From NCBI GenBank assembly GCA_964252035.1, contig OZ176213.1: a stretch of 64,000 nucleotides of DNA; one strand, written 5' to 3'. The position numbers were made by a program, and so were the translations under genes. This document shows positions 34,214 through 46,345 of this stretch, in pieces. The notes under the pieces were generated by a model. The model saw only the letters and a program-made list of their open reading frames with translations, ran no database searches and was not told the DNA's origin. How positions within the stretch are numbered: the first letter of the stretch is position 1; every line of letters begins with the position of its first letter. The DNA comes from Podarcis erhardii (Eukaryota).

Positions 34214-35949
34214 GTAAGTCACCTGTCTGCTCTTCCCTGCCAGAGGAGCGCGGGCTTCTCTTTTTCTGAGCTGACCCAAAACCGCTTCACTCGGACTTCT
34301 CTTCAAAAACACACAAACACAAAAGCCAGAAAGAGGTGCGTTTTCAGGTGCTGGATGCCAGTAGATGGGTGGCTATATGTGAAAGAAAGTCCATAGGATA
34401 AGAAAAAATATCTTGCCCTTTCCAGTTTGCCTGGCATCATTTTAACTCTTTGGATCAGTTTTTTTTTCTTTCTGGGAAAAGGGTTTCTCCGCACAGACTT
34501 GAGCTCCTGAAGATTGTTGGAGGGCGCGATTGTACAAATCTTGTTTTAGCCTATTGAAAGATGATGAGAATCATGTTCTGTTTTGCTGTTCTAAAAAGTG
34601 GTGTCTTTCGCTCCTGGGACTCTTCCTTAACAATTCCTGCCGCAGATGTCACCAAGCCAAGTTGTTGTAACTTTGGAAGGAGGGAATTGTTTGCTGATTT
34701 CCTTCCTAGACAAATAACCATCTCGAATACAGGCAACTTGGCAAGAAAATTATTTGCTTATCCACATCACCAAGTGCCCAGGGTTGATGGCTTATTCTGC
34801 GGGCTAAGGTGTGCAGAGCTTTCCTATATTTACAGTTGATACAGATCTGCAAGGCTTTTAGCGTATGTGTGTTCAGAAGACAGTTATTCCAAAACGCAAT
34901 TTCGACAGGAAGTGTGATGCCTTTGGTCCGTCTTCTGGTTGTGAATGCCTGTTTGTATTATTAAGCAGACTGGACATGATCCCGTGGGATGCAAGACCAT
35001 TTGCACAAGCCCCACTGAGGTTAAAGGGGAATTGCGCGAGAGCGCGAGAGCGTGCAATTCAGTGAGCAGTCATTGCAGGAGAATTTGGGCATGGATCAGG
35101 TCCCAAGCGCGGACATTCTTCATCCTTTGAAAGGGACATTAGACGCTTCAGGCTTGTAAAAAGGCGGCACTTCTATTTGAAGCCAATATTGTCCTGAAGG
35201 TCACGCAATGCCGATTAACAAGAAACCTCATTGATGCAAACGTACATGATAAATGTTTGTTAAAGATTCATTCTGTTCCCAGAATGTTTCATCACGAATG
35301 TGTTCTATTCCCAAATTTCATCATGAATTTGCTGCTGCTCCCTGTTTTTTCTTAAATCCGAAATACAATAGCCACATAAGGACTTGCTGATCATTCGAAT
35401 AAACCACCTATTTTCAAATAAAAACAATAAAAATAAAATAAATGTGAGTCTCGAATGCTTTGTGCCTGTTCACTTACCTGGCACTTAACTGCTCTTAACA
35501 ATGTAAGGATTATTTGTCTATAGTGCTAGGATTACTGGGGGTGCGATCCAGTCAAATTAAGCACTTTCAAGCCTCATTGATTTCAGTGGGAGATAATGAA
35601 GCCCGTCGCTGACTCTTCCAGTTGAAATCGAAGGAATGTGCAGAAGCGTAGCTGGTTCGTAATCACAATACTCGTGGTTTTATGCGCAGAGGCTGCAATC
35701 CTACATACACTTCCTAGTACGGGGTAAGCCCCATTGAGCTCAATGGAACTTACTTCTGAGTAAAAAAAAATACTGTATGAATTGTGCTGTAACAATCTAT
35801 AGCTAAGCATCTTTACATTCATTGTGATGGCTCAGCATCTTGCTTCGTTTTCCAGCTGAAATCAGTGAGATCTAATAGCGCTTAACTTGGGCTGGATCCT
35901 ACCAAAGTCTTGATATTATTTATAAAAAGAGAAAGAAAGGTGATCTAGA

Positions 35950-37110
35950 TTAAATATGGATATGTAGAAATATGAAAAAAAAAAATCTGTCTCACGGCAG
36001 CTTGTCTCAGTAGCATACAATTAGTCCCAAAATATTTTTGGGTCACACCGTCGCCTCGGCAAGAAGATATGCACCGAACGCGAGAGAGACCAGAGCAGAT
36101 TCTTGAGGACCAGAAACTTGCGCCCCAAGTAGAAGCGGGGGCGACGACGGGCTGGGATTAAGGAGTCACAAGGATGGGACAGGAACCTCCCTCACACGCC
36201 CCAAAATTCATGTTGATCTGAAGTACTGAGTGGCTGTGGCACTCGTAAAAATACTTTACCTGCGTGGAACTGTGTTACTCTGCAAAAATCCATGCACAAT
36301 GATGGTGTATATCAGTAGTAAGTCCTTGTTGTTTTTTATCCCATATTTCTATAAAAATTACAGTGCATCGAGAAATGGAAATAAAAGGTTGCCTTTGCAA
36401 ATGAAAATATGGTGTGTGTGTGTGAGAGAGAGGGGGGGTCTTAGTTTCGTACACCCGTCTCTGTTTTTCTCGCTCCGTTTTTCTCCGGTCTCTCTCCCCC
36501 ACTGCCGCCCTCTCTCTCGGCAGGCCAGGCAAGTGATTTATTGCTAATTGAAGCCTTTAATTGGGTGTCGTGGCTCTGGCCAGACTTTTATCCAGGATCC
36601 ACTTTCCCACTTATTGCAAAGAAAAACAAGGAGATAGAAAATGACGGCCCAGCGCTGGATTCTCTCAGTCGGTGGGGTCACTTTTATGTCTCTCTCAAGT
36701 GACAACTCCTGTAAACAAAAGGGAACAAATCGCCTCCAGAAGGGGAAGGGGAGCGGGGGGGGGGGTGAATCACTTGTAACCTCGAGCATCTCAAAAGTTA
36801 CAGCAGCGCTGTTCCCTGAGCGCCCAGCGGGATTTCCTTCTCTTGCCTGGAATTCGGCGCAACCGTTCCAGTTTGTGGATGCTGCGCGGCTCTTGCAATC
36901 CTGAGTCTCGGTGGAAAGGCCGCCGCAGTTGTGTCTGTGACTTGCATGCAGAGGCGGGACGAGGGGGGACACTTGAGGCGTGAAATTTCGAGCCTCGTTT
37001 AGGAGTTGCGGAGACCTGTCCCCCTGGGGCGCACAATCCACCGGGAAGTTCTCCTGCGCGCAAGCCTGGAAATGAGTGAGAGTTGCGCAAGAGTGGTGCT
37101 GTGCCCCCGC
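35950..37110. promoter_or_regulatory. CpG-rich, TE-free block in proximal ALDH1A2 intron 1
   Basis: Many CpGs; motif cluster (TGATTTATTG, TGTAAACA, GGGTCA, GCGGGGGCG). Confidence 0.5.
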
Positions 37111-37441
37111 GCACCTCTGTCATTTCAGGGGGGCTTGCCCGGGAGAAAGGGGTTGGAGGAAAGCATTATGGGTTCATTAGTGGGGGGGGGACTGGTTGTT
37201 TGTTTGTTTTGCACCTGGGGCACCCAGATGCATTATAGACTGACCCCATCACTGAATGGGGTGATGTTGCTCAATGGAAGCCCTTAAACACATTAAACTA
37301 TTGCAAGCATGCTCAGATGAGCGCTGAGTGCAGGGTGAGGGCCAAAGGTGGACCAACAACCACAGAAGGAGCATGATGTATCCTTCACCAGAGACACTCC
37401 TTCTCCCAGAGTAGTAAGACTTCTACACCCTACCAGACATA

Positions 37442-37775
37442 GATAAAGGTAAAGGGACCCCTTGACCATTAGGTCCAGTCGTGGCCGACTCTGGGGTTGC
37501 GGCACTCATCTCGCTTTATTGGCCGAGGGAGCCAGCATACAGCTTCTGGGTCATGTGGCCAGCATGACTAAGTCGCTTCTGGCGAGCCAGAGCAGCGCAC
37601 AGAAATGCTGTTTACCTTCCCGCTGGAGCAGTACCTATTTATCTACTTGCACTTTGACGTGCTTTCGAACTGCTAAGTTGGCAGGAGCTCACCCCGTTGC
37701 GGGGATTCGAACTGCTGACCTTCCGATCAGCAAGTCCTAGGCTCTGTGGTTTAACCCACAGCGCCACCCGCGTCC
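37442..37775 (-). mobile_element. Sauria SINE
   Basis: Reverse complement of the 2707 copy; about 9-bp TSD ccagacata. Confidence 0.9.
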
Positions 37776-38917
37776 AGACATAAGACTTCTTTAAAAACAG
37801 AGCCTGATTGGAATCAGAAAATAAGAGTTGAAGGTTAGAATCAGATGGTGGCTGAGTGTGTTAAGGAAGCTCTTGACTTCTGAGGGTGACTGGCAAAGAA
37901 GCAATTCCAGTCAGGTGGGGACTGGCCAAGGACAGACTAAAATTGGTAGGGCTGTCCCCCACTATCCGCCCTGGACCAGCCTCCACCAGGAACAGAGCTC
38001 CTCAATGTTTCTCAAATCTGGGTGTCGAGCTGTACCTGGACTACAACTTCCATCATCCCGAGCTAGTAGGAACAGTGGTCAGGGATGATGGGAGTTGTAG
38101 TCCAACAACAGCTGTCAATGGCCCTCCAGATGTTGCTGGACTACAGTCCCATCACCATCCCTGGTCATTGGCCTGGCTGATGGGAGTTGGAGTCCAGTCA
38201 CATCTGGAGGGCCACAGGTTCTCCATCTGTGCAGCAGCCACCTGTACTAGCAACCTTCGCTGCTTCTTATGACAGCAAGTTTCATGTGCTAATTCTGCAT
38301 TGTGCGTGATGAAGAGGCACTCCTTCTTTCATCTGTTAAAAATACAGGGAAGGCTGGTGCATCTGGCCATCAGAGGAGATGCACGAATTTGCCTCCAGAT
38401 GCTCAGGAACTGAATGCGGAGGCAGCTTGCCTTTGTGTGTTTCCTTGTAACATCCGAAGCCACCCTGCGGAGTCTGAGATGGGGTGCGGGGTGTAGGGAA
38501 AGGTTCAGGAAATATTTTGCTAGATCTACAAGCTGTTTACATTGCTGAGAGGTCTGCATTAAATAAATCCAGCATGTTAAATTGTGCAGTGAAAGACAGC
38601 AATATTCACTGAGTGACTCATAAATCTTTCAAACATCAGGAGGTGGACCAGTTTGTTGGGAGAATTGTTGGCTGATGCTGAGGCTCAGAAGCACCAGGAT
38701 GTATTGCAAAGGCTGCTTGCTTGTGTATCACAGCTGCACATTCTTCCTCTTGTGTGTAGCTTGAACCGTTATCCTTTAGGGGAAATACCATAATGAAAAA
38801 TGAAATTTACCTGGACAAGGGCAGTTTAACAGAAGCTCAATCCAAGTAATGCAGAGATGTTGACAGTGAGCGGGTTGATTGCCTACTCCAGAGGGGCTTG
38901 TGTGCATCACTCTATTC

Positions 38918-39360
38918 CATGGGTCGGCAAACTAAGGTTCGTGGGCCGGATCAGGCCCAATTGCCTTCTGGATCCGGCCTGCGGACAGTCCCGGAAATCG
39001 CTGCGTGGATTGCCAGCAAGCGTGTTCTTTCCCTCTCCCTTACACGGTGGTGCCAGTGCCTCCTCCCTCCCTCCTCCTGGCTTCTCCTCGCCCTGCCTAG
39101 AGGAGGAAGGGGGCTGGGCTTTGTTGGTGCCAGCAGCAGCAGCGGCTGCCATTTTAAGCAGCCCCTCTCCGGAGCCCTTTTGCGCGCTGCTCATTGTCCC
39201 TCCGCCATCACCGCCAGCCCTTGCCGCTCGCAAGACACAGGTAAGCCACCACTTGGGCTCATGGTGCTCTTGCATAACCCCCCCCCAATATAGTCCGGCC
39301 CCCCACAAGGTCTGAGGGACAGTGGACCAGACCCCTGCTGAAAAAGTTTGCTGACCCCTG
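38918..39360. mobile_element. hAT (Charlie-type) MITE
   Basis: TIRs catgggtcggcaaact and agtttgctgacccctg; 8-bp TSD ctctattc / ctctgttc. Confidence 0.85.
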
Positions 39361-42300
39361 CTCTGTTCCTTAAGGGGCAGCTAAGGGATGTTGGGAGAAT
39401 CCTCTTGGACTCCCTGGTGTCGGGGGGGGGGAGGCAATTCTGCACCACATTGTGCTCCTTGTCAATATTCTTACTTGCTTCACCTGGGAGCTTGTAACTG
39501 GACACATTTCCTTAGAAGCAAATCCCAAGGATCTCGCTTCCATGCAGGTGTGCTTAAGGTTAGGATACTAGGATGTGTGTGTGCTCATATTCAAAGAAAT
39601 AAGAAAGAATGAGTTACTTCCAAGTAATGCCTTGAAGCTTATGATACCAGCAGAAAGAGATTCAGGTGTAGGATCATGGGAACCAACTCCTAGGGGTCAA
39701 GGTCCCTTTACCCACCCATAAAATATTTGAGGGGGCTCCCCCCCCCCACTTGATGGCCATTGCCCTCCAAATGGTGTGTGCACGCTGCGCCTCGTGATCA
39801 GTTATGTGGGGCAGGGCTTACCTGCCCCCCCCATATTTTATTCAAGCTGGCATTCCTGTGTAAGGTTGTGGGGAATTGGGGATGCACCATACTCAGGCCC
39901 GACCTCACAAAAGAGCCAGTTGCTTGAGGCAGCAGTGATCTTCTGAAACTCGAGGTCTTTTGCAGTGCTGCTGAAGGGGCACAACTCTGCGATTCCTTGT
40001 AGTTGTACATGAACCAGGAGTTCCAAAGTATTCCTGGGACTGATTTGGGGTTTTCCCCAAGGCTGGGTGGTTCATTCCTACTGGACCATGAATATGACTG
40101 AGGAGGATAGAAGCATACCTACCTGTCCCAGGAGATTCCCTTCGCTTACTTTGAACTCCACTTTTGGATAGAAGCAGCCTCATTTTAATCATCCTAAAGA
40201 GCAAGCTGTCTCTTAAATATTGAGACATTCATGGAGGATTCATCTAAGTGGTGACTATCCAGGATTGCTCTGTGCAAGCTCCATATTCAAAGGCAGTCTA
40301 ACACTGAATATGGGTTTTGGGAGAATGACATTGAGTGGAGTGACATCCTCACACTCTGCTTCTGGACCTCCTGGAGGTATCTGGTTGGCCCCCTGGGGGA
40401 AGTAAGGGCCCTGAAGGACCTTAGATGGACCTTCAGTGACACCCAGCATCAGCCAGGCTTCTCTGATGTTCTTATAATCCTCCCAAACCATGTAAAATGA
40501 TAACCATGTGCTTTGAAGGAATTTAAAATTAAAACGAATACAATTTTTTAAAAAAATATTTTTATTTTTGCAGGAAACAAATTCTGTTTGACACAGATTT
40601 TGCAGGCCCAGCTTTAGGCAGCCTTTTAGAAGTGGCTTATCTCTCAGGAGACTTAGCACATGTATTCTGAAAAGTGAAATAAAGAACCATTGCATTGTCC
40701 TGCCAATTGGCTAAGTCCCTGGGATGGAGAGGCAAGACGCGAGAGGTGTGGTGACTTCATCCTTTTTTGCCTCTGTTTAGAGTTGTGTCCCCCTGCTTGT
40801 TGCGCCTGGTAGAGCTCTGTGGTTAAAGCCTCAGATAAACAGCTCAGTAGGAAGACAAAGTGGTGTTATGAATGGAAGACAAGGCTGTTGATACACCCGT
40901 CGGCCTCTGTGCAGGAAGGGAGATGCACCAGCCACGATCTCCTCCTTTCTGTCTTGCTTCCAGCTGTATAAACTCCATATAAACACTTTGGGGGGAGCTG
41001 GCAGGATTGTAAGCACAAACCAGTGGTCAAATGGGCTGCAGTGTAGGCAGAAAGTCTGAGGGGAGGGGGGAGATGGGAGTGTGGGGTGTCCCCTTCTCCC
41101 CTCCCCTGTCAAAGTGTGTGTGTGCTAAGTTGCAATGTCAAGGTGTTGATGGCTTTGCCCAAGCTCAAGGTACCCCTGAGATGCAATTACTCCTAGGCTG
41201 CAATCCTACATTTACCTGGGAGTAAGCCCCATTGAACACAATGGGACTTTCTTCCAAGAAAACAGGCACGGGACAGTCATTCAGAAGTGACAGGTCAGCT
41301 TTCTCCACTATGGTGTCCCTTCAGATGTTTTGGACCCAGAACTACGTTCTACTTCCACTGCTGGAAGCTGTAATGCTTCTGAATGTTGCTTGCTGGAAAC
41401 TGCAGGAAGGAGTTGTGGTAGTTGTGCTCTGATCCTGGTGGGCTTTGTATGGCCATTGACTGGCCACTGTGAGAACAGGACGCTGGGCTAGATGGGGCAC
41501 CAACATGACCAGCAAGACAATTCTTACATGAACCTGTGGCTTCTGCCTCTGCTTCTCGTAATGGTGAATTCTGGGCTGAAGCAGTCCTACCTGCAGACAA
41601 AGCCTGGGTGCTCTTAAGGGCGGCTGAGTGAATGAGGGTTGCATCCCATGGGGGGTGGGGGGGGGGTAGAGGCTCACAGAATGAGGCAAGAATGGGTAGA
41701 GAGGGATTTTTATCCCCCACAATTCATAGTCACCCAGTGCCACTGATGGGGAGTAGATTCATGGAGAAAGAAGTTCTTCACACAAGACAATGTATCATTC
41801 ATTCATTGATGGATTTCACTGTGAACTTAGGCAAATTCACAGAAGAAGGGGAGAAGGCCATCAGTGGCTGCTTGTCAGGAGACGGCACTATCAGAGGCCA
41901 CATGCTACAAAATACTGTTTGTGTATTACTGGCAGGAGAGAGCCATGGAAGGAGAGCCATTTGTCTTCATGCCCTGCCGGTGGACTTCCTGGAGGCTTCT
42001 TGCTGTTGGGTGCTGGAGTGGATGAACCTTTGATCTGATCCAGCATTGGTTCTTCTGATGCTCTTCCAAAAAAGGTCCATTTATGCCAAGCATAAGCAAG
42101 GTTCTGGACTACAGTTCCCCTCCTCTCTGCTGACGGGGCCTGATGGGAGTCAGAGCATCCGCCCTGGTTTGTTTTCACAAAGGTTGGCATTTGTTCTGGT
42201 TTGTTTGTGAGATGGTTGTACAGTGCTGCATCAAACAGTTGTTATCCCACACAGTGCATTTCCCCATCACTTTCCTTACCGCAAGTAGTCTATGGAGGGT

Positions 42301-43671
42301 GTGTGGTTGTTGTTTTGTAAGCAGATCTGTTGTGGCAGAACTCCAAACTCACTCTAGTTGTACCACCTGAATTTGCCAGCAGGGGCCTGAGCCCCATCTC
42401 AAAAACCCAGAAATGCCCTTGGTGTGCAAAACCACTGCTGAGGGTGAGTCCCGGTGAGCCCCCACACAGACGATGCTCTGAGCGATGCCAGAATACTGTA
42501 GGGCTGCTCTTGATAGTACACTTTGCAGCTGAATGTGTTTGGCCATTCAAGGTGGTTTTTAAAGTTAGTATGAAATGTGTTTTACGTTGTTTTTGTTTTA
42601 AAAAGCCCAGCCCTACCCTCTGCATTTAAGCATCCTTTAAGCTGTGTTAGTTCTGGCTCACCACCGCAATCTCTTCCTCTCTTTCTCTTCCTCTCTCTGA
42701 GTGCGGTTGGGGGTATCAGCTTTTGTTCAAAGAGCCCATTTGAGATTCTTGCGTCTCCCTACACAACCCCACCGTTTCTGTCCTATATTTGGCTTCAGAA
42801 ATGCCCCCTGAAAGGGCCCTGGAGGTGGGGAGGGGGGAGAGGCACCTCCGTTCCCTCCCGCTTTCCTGCTGATTCTATGGACTCTAATTTCCGAACTCCT
42901 TGCAGGGAGTTTCAAATGTACTTCCTTTTTAAATTAAATCCACCCTCTTGCATCGTCGCACGGCACCCCAGGGTGCAGTAAGTCAAGCGCATTGTGTTCT
43001 GCCCAGCCCCACTGCAAGAAGGCTGACATTCTAACATGTTGGCAGTTAACTCACACACACAAATACACGCCTGTGATAGCTGCTTGAATCACCAGCCTTT
43101 GACAAGAATGTTTTGCATCACACAGGATGCCTTTTAATTGCCTTTATTTCCAGCAAATTAACATGGGGGGGGGGGGGAGGGAGGCGCGTGGAATTACTAC
43201 TAAGCTTATTTTTCTCATGAGCAATAAATATCAGGCATGTGCTTACATTTATAGTTTCCTCGGGATATTAATGACTTCCATTCGCCTAGACCTTGCAAAG
43301 AATCTCTTCTCCCTTCCTTCCATTTGTATGCAATCATTAGAGGCAGGGCCTCTCCAGGGGTTGTGAGGCCTGGGGGTTGAAAGAGGGTTCCCAGGGCCAC
43401 CGCCAAGTTCCCTTCCCAGAGGCCCCGATCCCCCAAATCCATCTTCAGCCTTTCAGGCCTGTTCTGCACCTTGAACCCTGTTCCTCACCTGCAGCAGCTG
43501 CAGAGCAGTGGCTCCTCAGTGTCCCACCAGTGGTTCTACAGCAGAGGGGACTTTTTTTAAAAGAGAAAGCCCCCTCCCCCTGGGAACAAGGGGGGGCACC
43601 AGCTATTTGGGGTTTTTCAATAGTTTTTTTATTTATTGCCTTTCTATACCTCCCTTCTTCCCAGGATCATA

Positions 43672-44024
43672 AAAAGGTAAAGGTGACCCCTGACCATTAG
43701 GTCCAGTCGTGACTGACTCTTGGGTTGCGGCGCTCATCTCGCTTTATTGGCCAAGGGAGCCGGCGTACAGCTTCCGGGTCATGTGGCCAACATGACTAAG
43801 CTGCTTCTGGCGAACCAGAGCAGCACACAAAAATGCCGTTTACCTTCCCGCAGGAGTGGTACCTATTTATCTACTTGCACTTTGACATGCTTTCGAACTG
43901 CTAGGTTGGCAGGAGCAGGGATCGAGCAATGGGAGCTCACCCCATCGTGTGGATTCGAACCGCCGACCTTCTGATCGGCAAGTCCTAGGCTCTGTGGTTT
44001 AACCCACAGCGCCACCCACGTCCC
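43672..44024 (-). mobile_element. Sauria SINE
   Basis: 13-bp TSD tcccaggatcata at 43659-43671 and 44025-44037. Confidence 0.92.
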
Positions 44025-44140
44025 TCCCAGGATCATAGCCCAGGCCTTTTCCAGGGTAGCATTGTGGGATATTGTTCCTGCTGGTTGGTTTTTAACTTTG
44101 CATCTTGTTTGTTATTCTTTTTTGGTACAATTCCACGATA

Positions 44141-44381
44141 CAGTGGAACCTCGGTTGTCAAACGTAATCCGTTCCGGAAGACCGTTTTACTTCTGAAACG
44201 TTTGACAACTGAGGCGCAAAGGGTTGTTTGCAATTTCAATGGTGAAAATTGAGAAACACGCCTTGGAAGCCGTTCGACTTCTGAGGCATGTTTGAAAATG
44301 GAAGCATTCACTTCTGGGTTTTTGGCATTCAGCTTCTGAAATGTTCGGCTTCTGAAACGCTTGAAAACTGAGTTTCCACTG
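44141..44381. mobile_element. Tc1/mariner MITE
   Basis: TIRs cagtggaacctc and gagtttccactg; TA on both sides. Confidence 0.82.
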
Positions 44382-45509
44382 TATTTTCAAATGATGGTGT
44401 TTATAGGTTCTTTAATTCTTCAGCAGGTAAGGACACAGGAACAAGTTCTTGCCCTCTGCCACCCCTTGCTCTCTGCGTTGCTTCAGCCTTCCTTGGGGGG
44501 AACCTGCATATTTTGTCTTGTGGAGCAAAGAGTAGCAGCAGGGGGACAAATATTTTTATTAGGAAAATGAAACAGGAAGAGAGGAAGGGTTAACATACAG
44601 ACTTTGCTGCTATCATACCAATGTCTTGATCCAATTCTGGGGACCGAATTGTATCTCTGCAGCTGCTACTGACTTTTTTGTTTCGTTTTTTGGAGTGGGG
44701 AAAACCTTGACTTTAGCAATCTCTTCTCCCATGACCAGTTGTTCCTTGAGATATTCTGTACATCAGCTTTCTCCATCCTGTTGGTGCTCTCCAGATGTTT
44801 TGAATAACTGGCTGATGGGAGTCCAAAATCTCTGGAGGGCCCCAGGTTGGGGAAGGATGCTCTAAATAAAAAAAATTGCCTTCAGAGGGAGGGGTTCCCT
44901 TCCGCAATTACCTGTCCGACTCCCTTGTGGTGGCTTCTCCTCTAAGGTCTCCACATTTCAGATGCCACCAGGGCAGATCTGGAAGCCTATAGCCGTCCAG
45001 GAAAGGGTTCAGATTTGACAGCCAGAGGCCTATTTGCTTTGCAGGGAGTTCTTGATGCAGACATTCCTGGTGGAGAGAAATGGCGGAATTCCTCCCCCAG
45101 CCATTCCTGTCCTCCCTACATAGTTTATTGCCAGGCGTAATGGGATGCCATGGAATTGTCTCCATCCACTGCCTTTCAGGAGAACTCTCTCCCTCTTCCT
45201 TTCTCTCCCTCTTCCCCTCTCTCTCTTTCTGTTTTTTTCTGGTGTGAAACAATCCAGATCACTCTTTTCCATGCTTTCAAGCTCCCCTCATTCGTTTGGG
45301 GGCACTTGGTCTTATTTCTTTTCTTTTCTCTTTGCAACGAAGGTTGAAATTCTAATCATGGAAGAGGTGATCATATGGGGAACAATTAGGAAAGGAACCG
45401 AGAATAAAACAGCATTGTCTCATAATGCCTTCTTAAAAAAGGAAATCTCTGGTGCTGCTGCATTTTGAATAGCAGGCACAGTTTTGGTCGCCCCGTCTGA
45501 AGAAAATAA

Positions 45510-46345
45510 TATAAGAAGAGTCTGCTGGATCAGGCCAGCTGCATGCCTGCCATTCTGGGAGGCCACAAGCAGGATCTGAGCACAACAGCGCCATCTCCTC
45601 CTGTGGGTTCCAGCAACTGGCATTCGGAAGCATTACTGCCTGTGACCATGGAGGCAGAGCAGAGCCATCATGACTAGTAAACATTAACCACCATGATTGG
45701 GTCCGATGTGTTTTTAAAGCCATCCCAGTTGCCGGCATCACTGTCCCTGCGGAAACAAGTTCCATAGTTTAACGATGCAGTATGTCGAAAGAATGGGATG
45801 TGGATGGCACTGTGGGTTAAACCACAGAGCCTAGGGCTTGCTGATCAAAAGGTTGGCGGTTCAAATCCTCGATGTGGGGTGAGCTCCTGTCAACCTAGCA
45901 GTTCGAAAGAACATCAAAGCACATCAAAGGGCAAGTAGATAAATAGGTACTGCTCCGGCGGGAAGGTAAACGGTGTTTCTGTGCGCTGCTCTGGTTCGGC
46001 CAGAAGTGGCTTAGTCATGCTGGCCACAAGACCCGGAAGCTGTACACCGGCTCCCTCCGTCAGTAAAGCGAGATGAGCGCCGCAACCCCAGAGTCAGTCA
46101 CGACTGGACCTAATGGTCAGGGGTCCCTTTACCTTTACCTTATGTGGAAAGAAGTCCTGTCTTTTAACTGTCCTGAATCTTCCGACATTCAGCTCCATTG
46201 AATGTCCCCAAATCCTAGTGTTATGAGAGAAGGAGAAAAACATTTCTCTATCCTCTTTCTCCATCCCATGCAGAACTTTATAAACTTCAATCATGTTGCC
46301 TCTTACTCACCTCTTCTCTAAACGAAAAAGTCCCAAGTGACGCAA
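45510..46345 (-). mobile_element. CR1 LINE 3' fragment split by a Sauria SINE
   Basis: MIEVYKVLHGMEK.DRE.FF..SHNTR..GHSM.L...RFRT..R..FF is the CR1 RT C-terminus; 3' UTR continues at 45510-45793. Confidence 0.8.
45795..46140 (+). mobile_element. Sauria SINE nested in CR1
   Basis: 13-bp TSD tatgtcgaaagaa / tatgtggaaagaa. Confidence 0.88.

Noticed and set aside
21120-36690. RGGTCA half sites (about 21130, 35198, 36675) as a retinoic acid response element
   Set aside because: No second half site at DR1, DR2 or DR5 spacing was seen.
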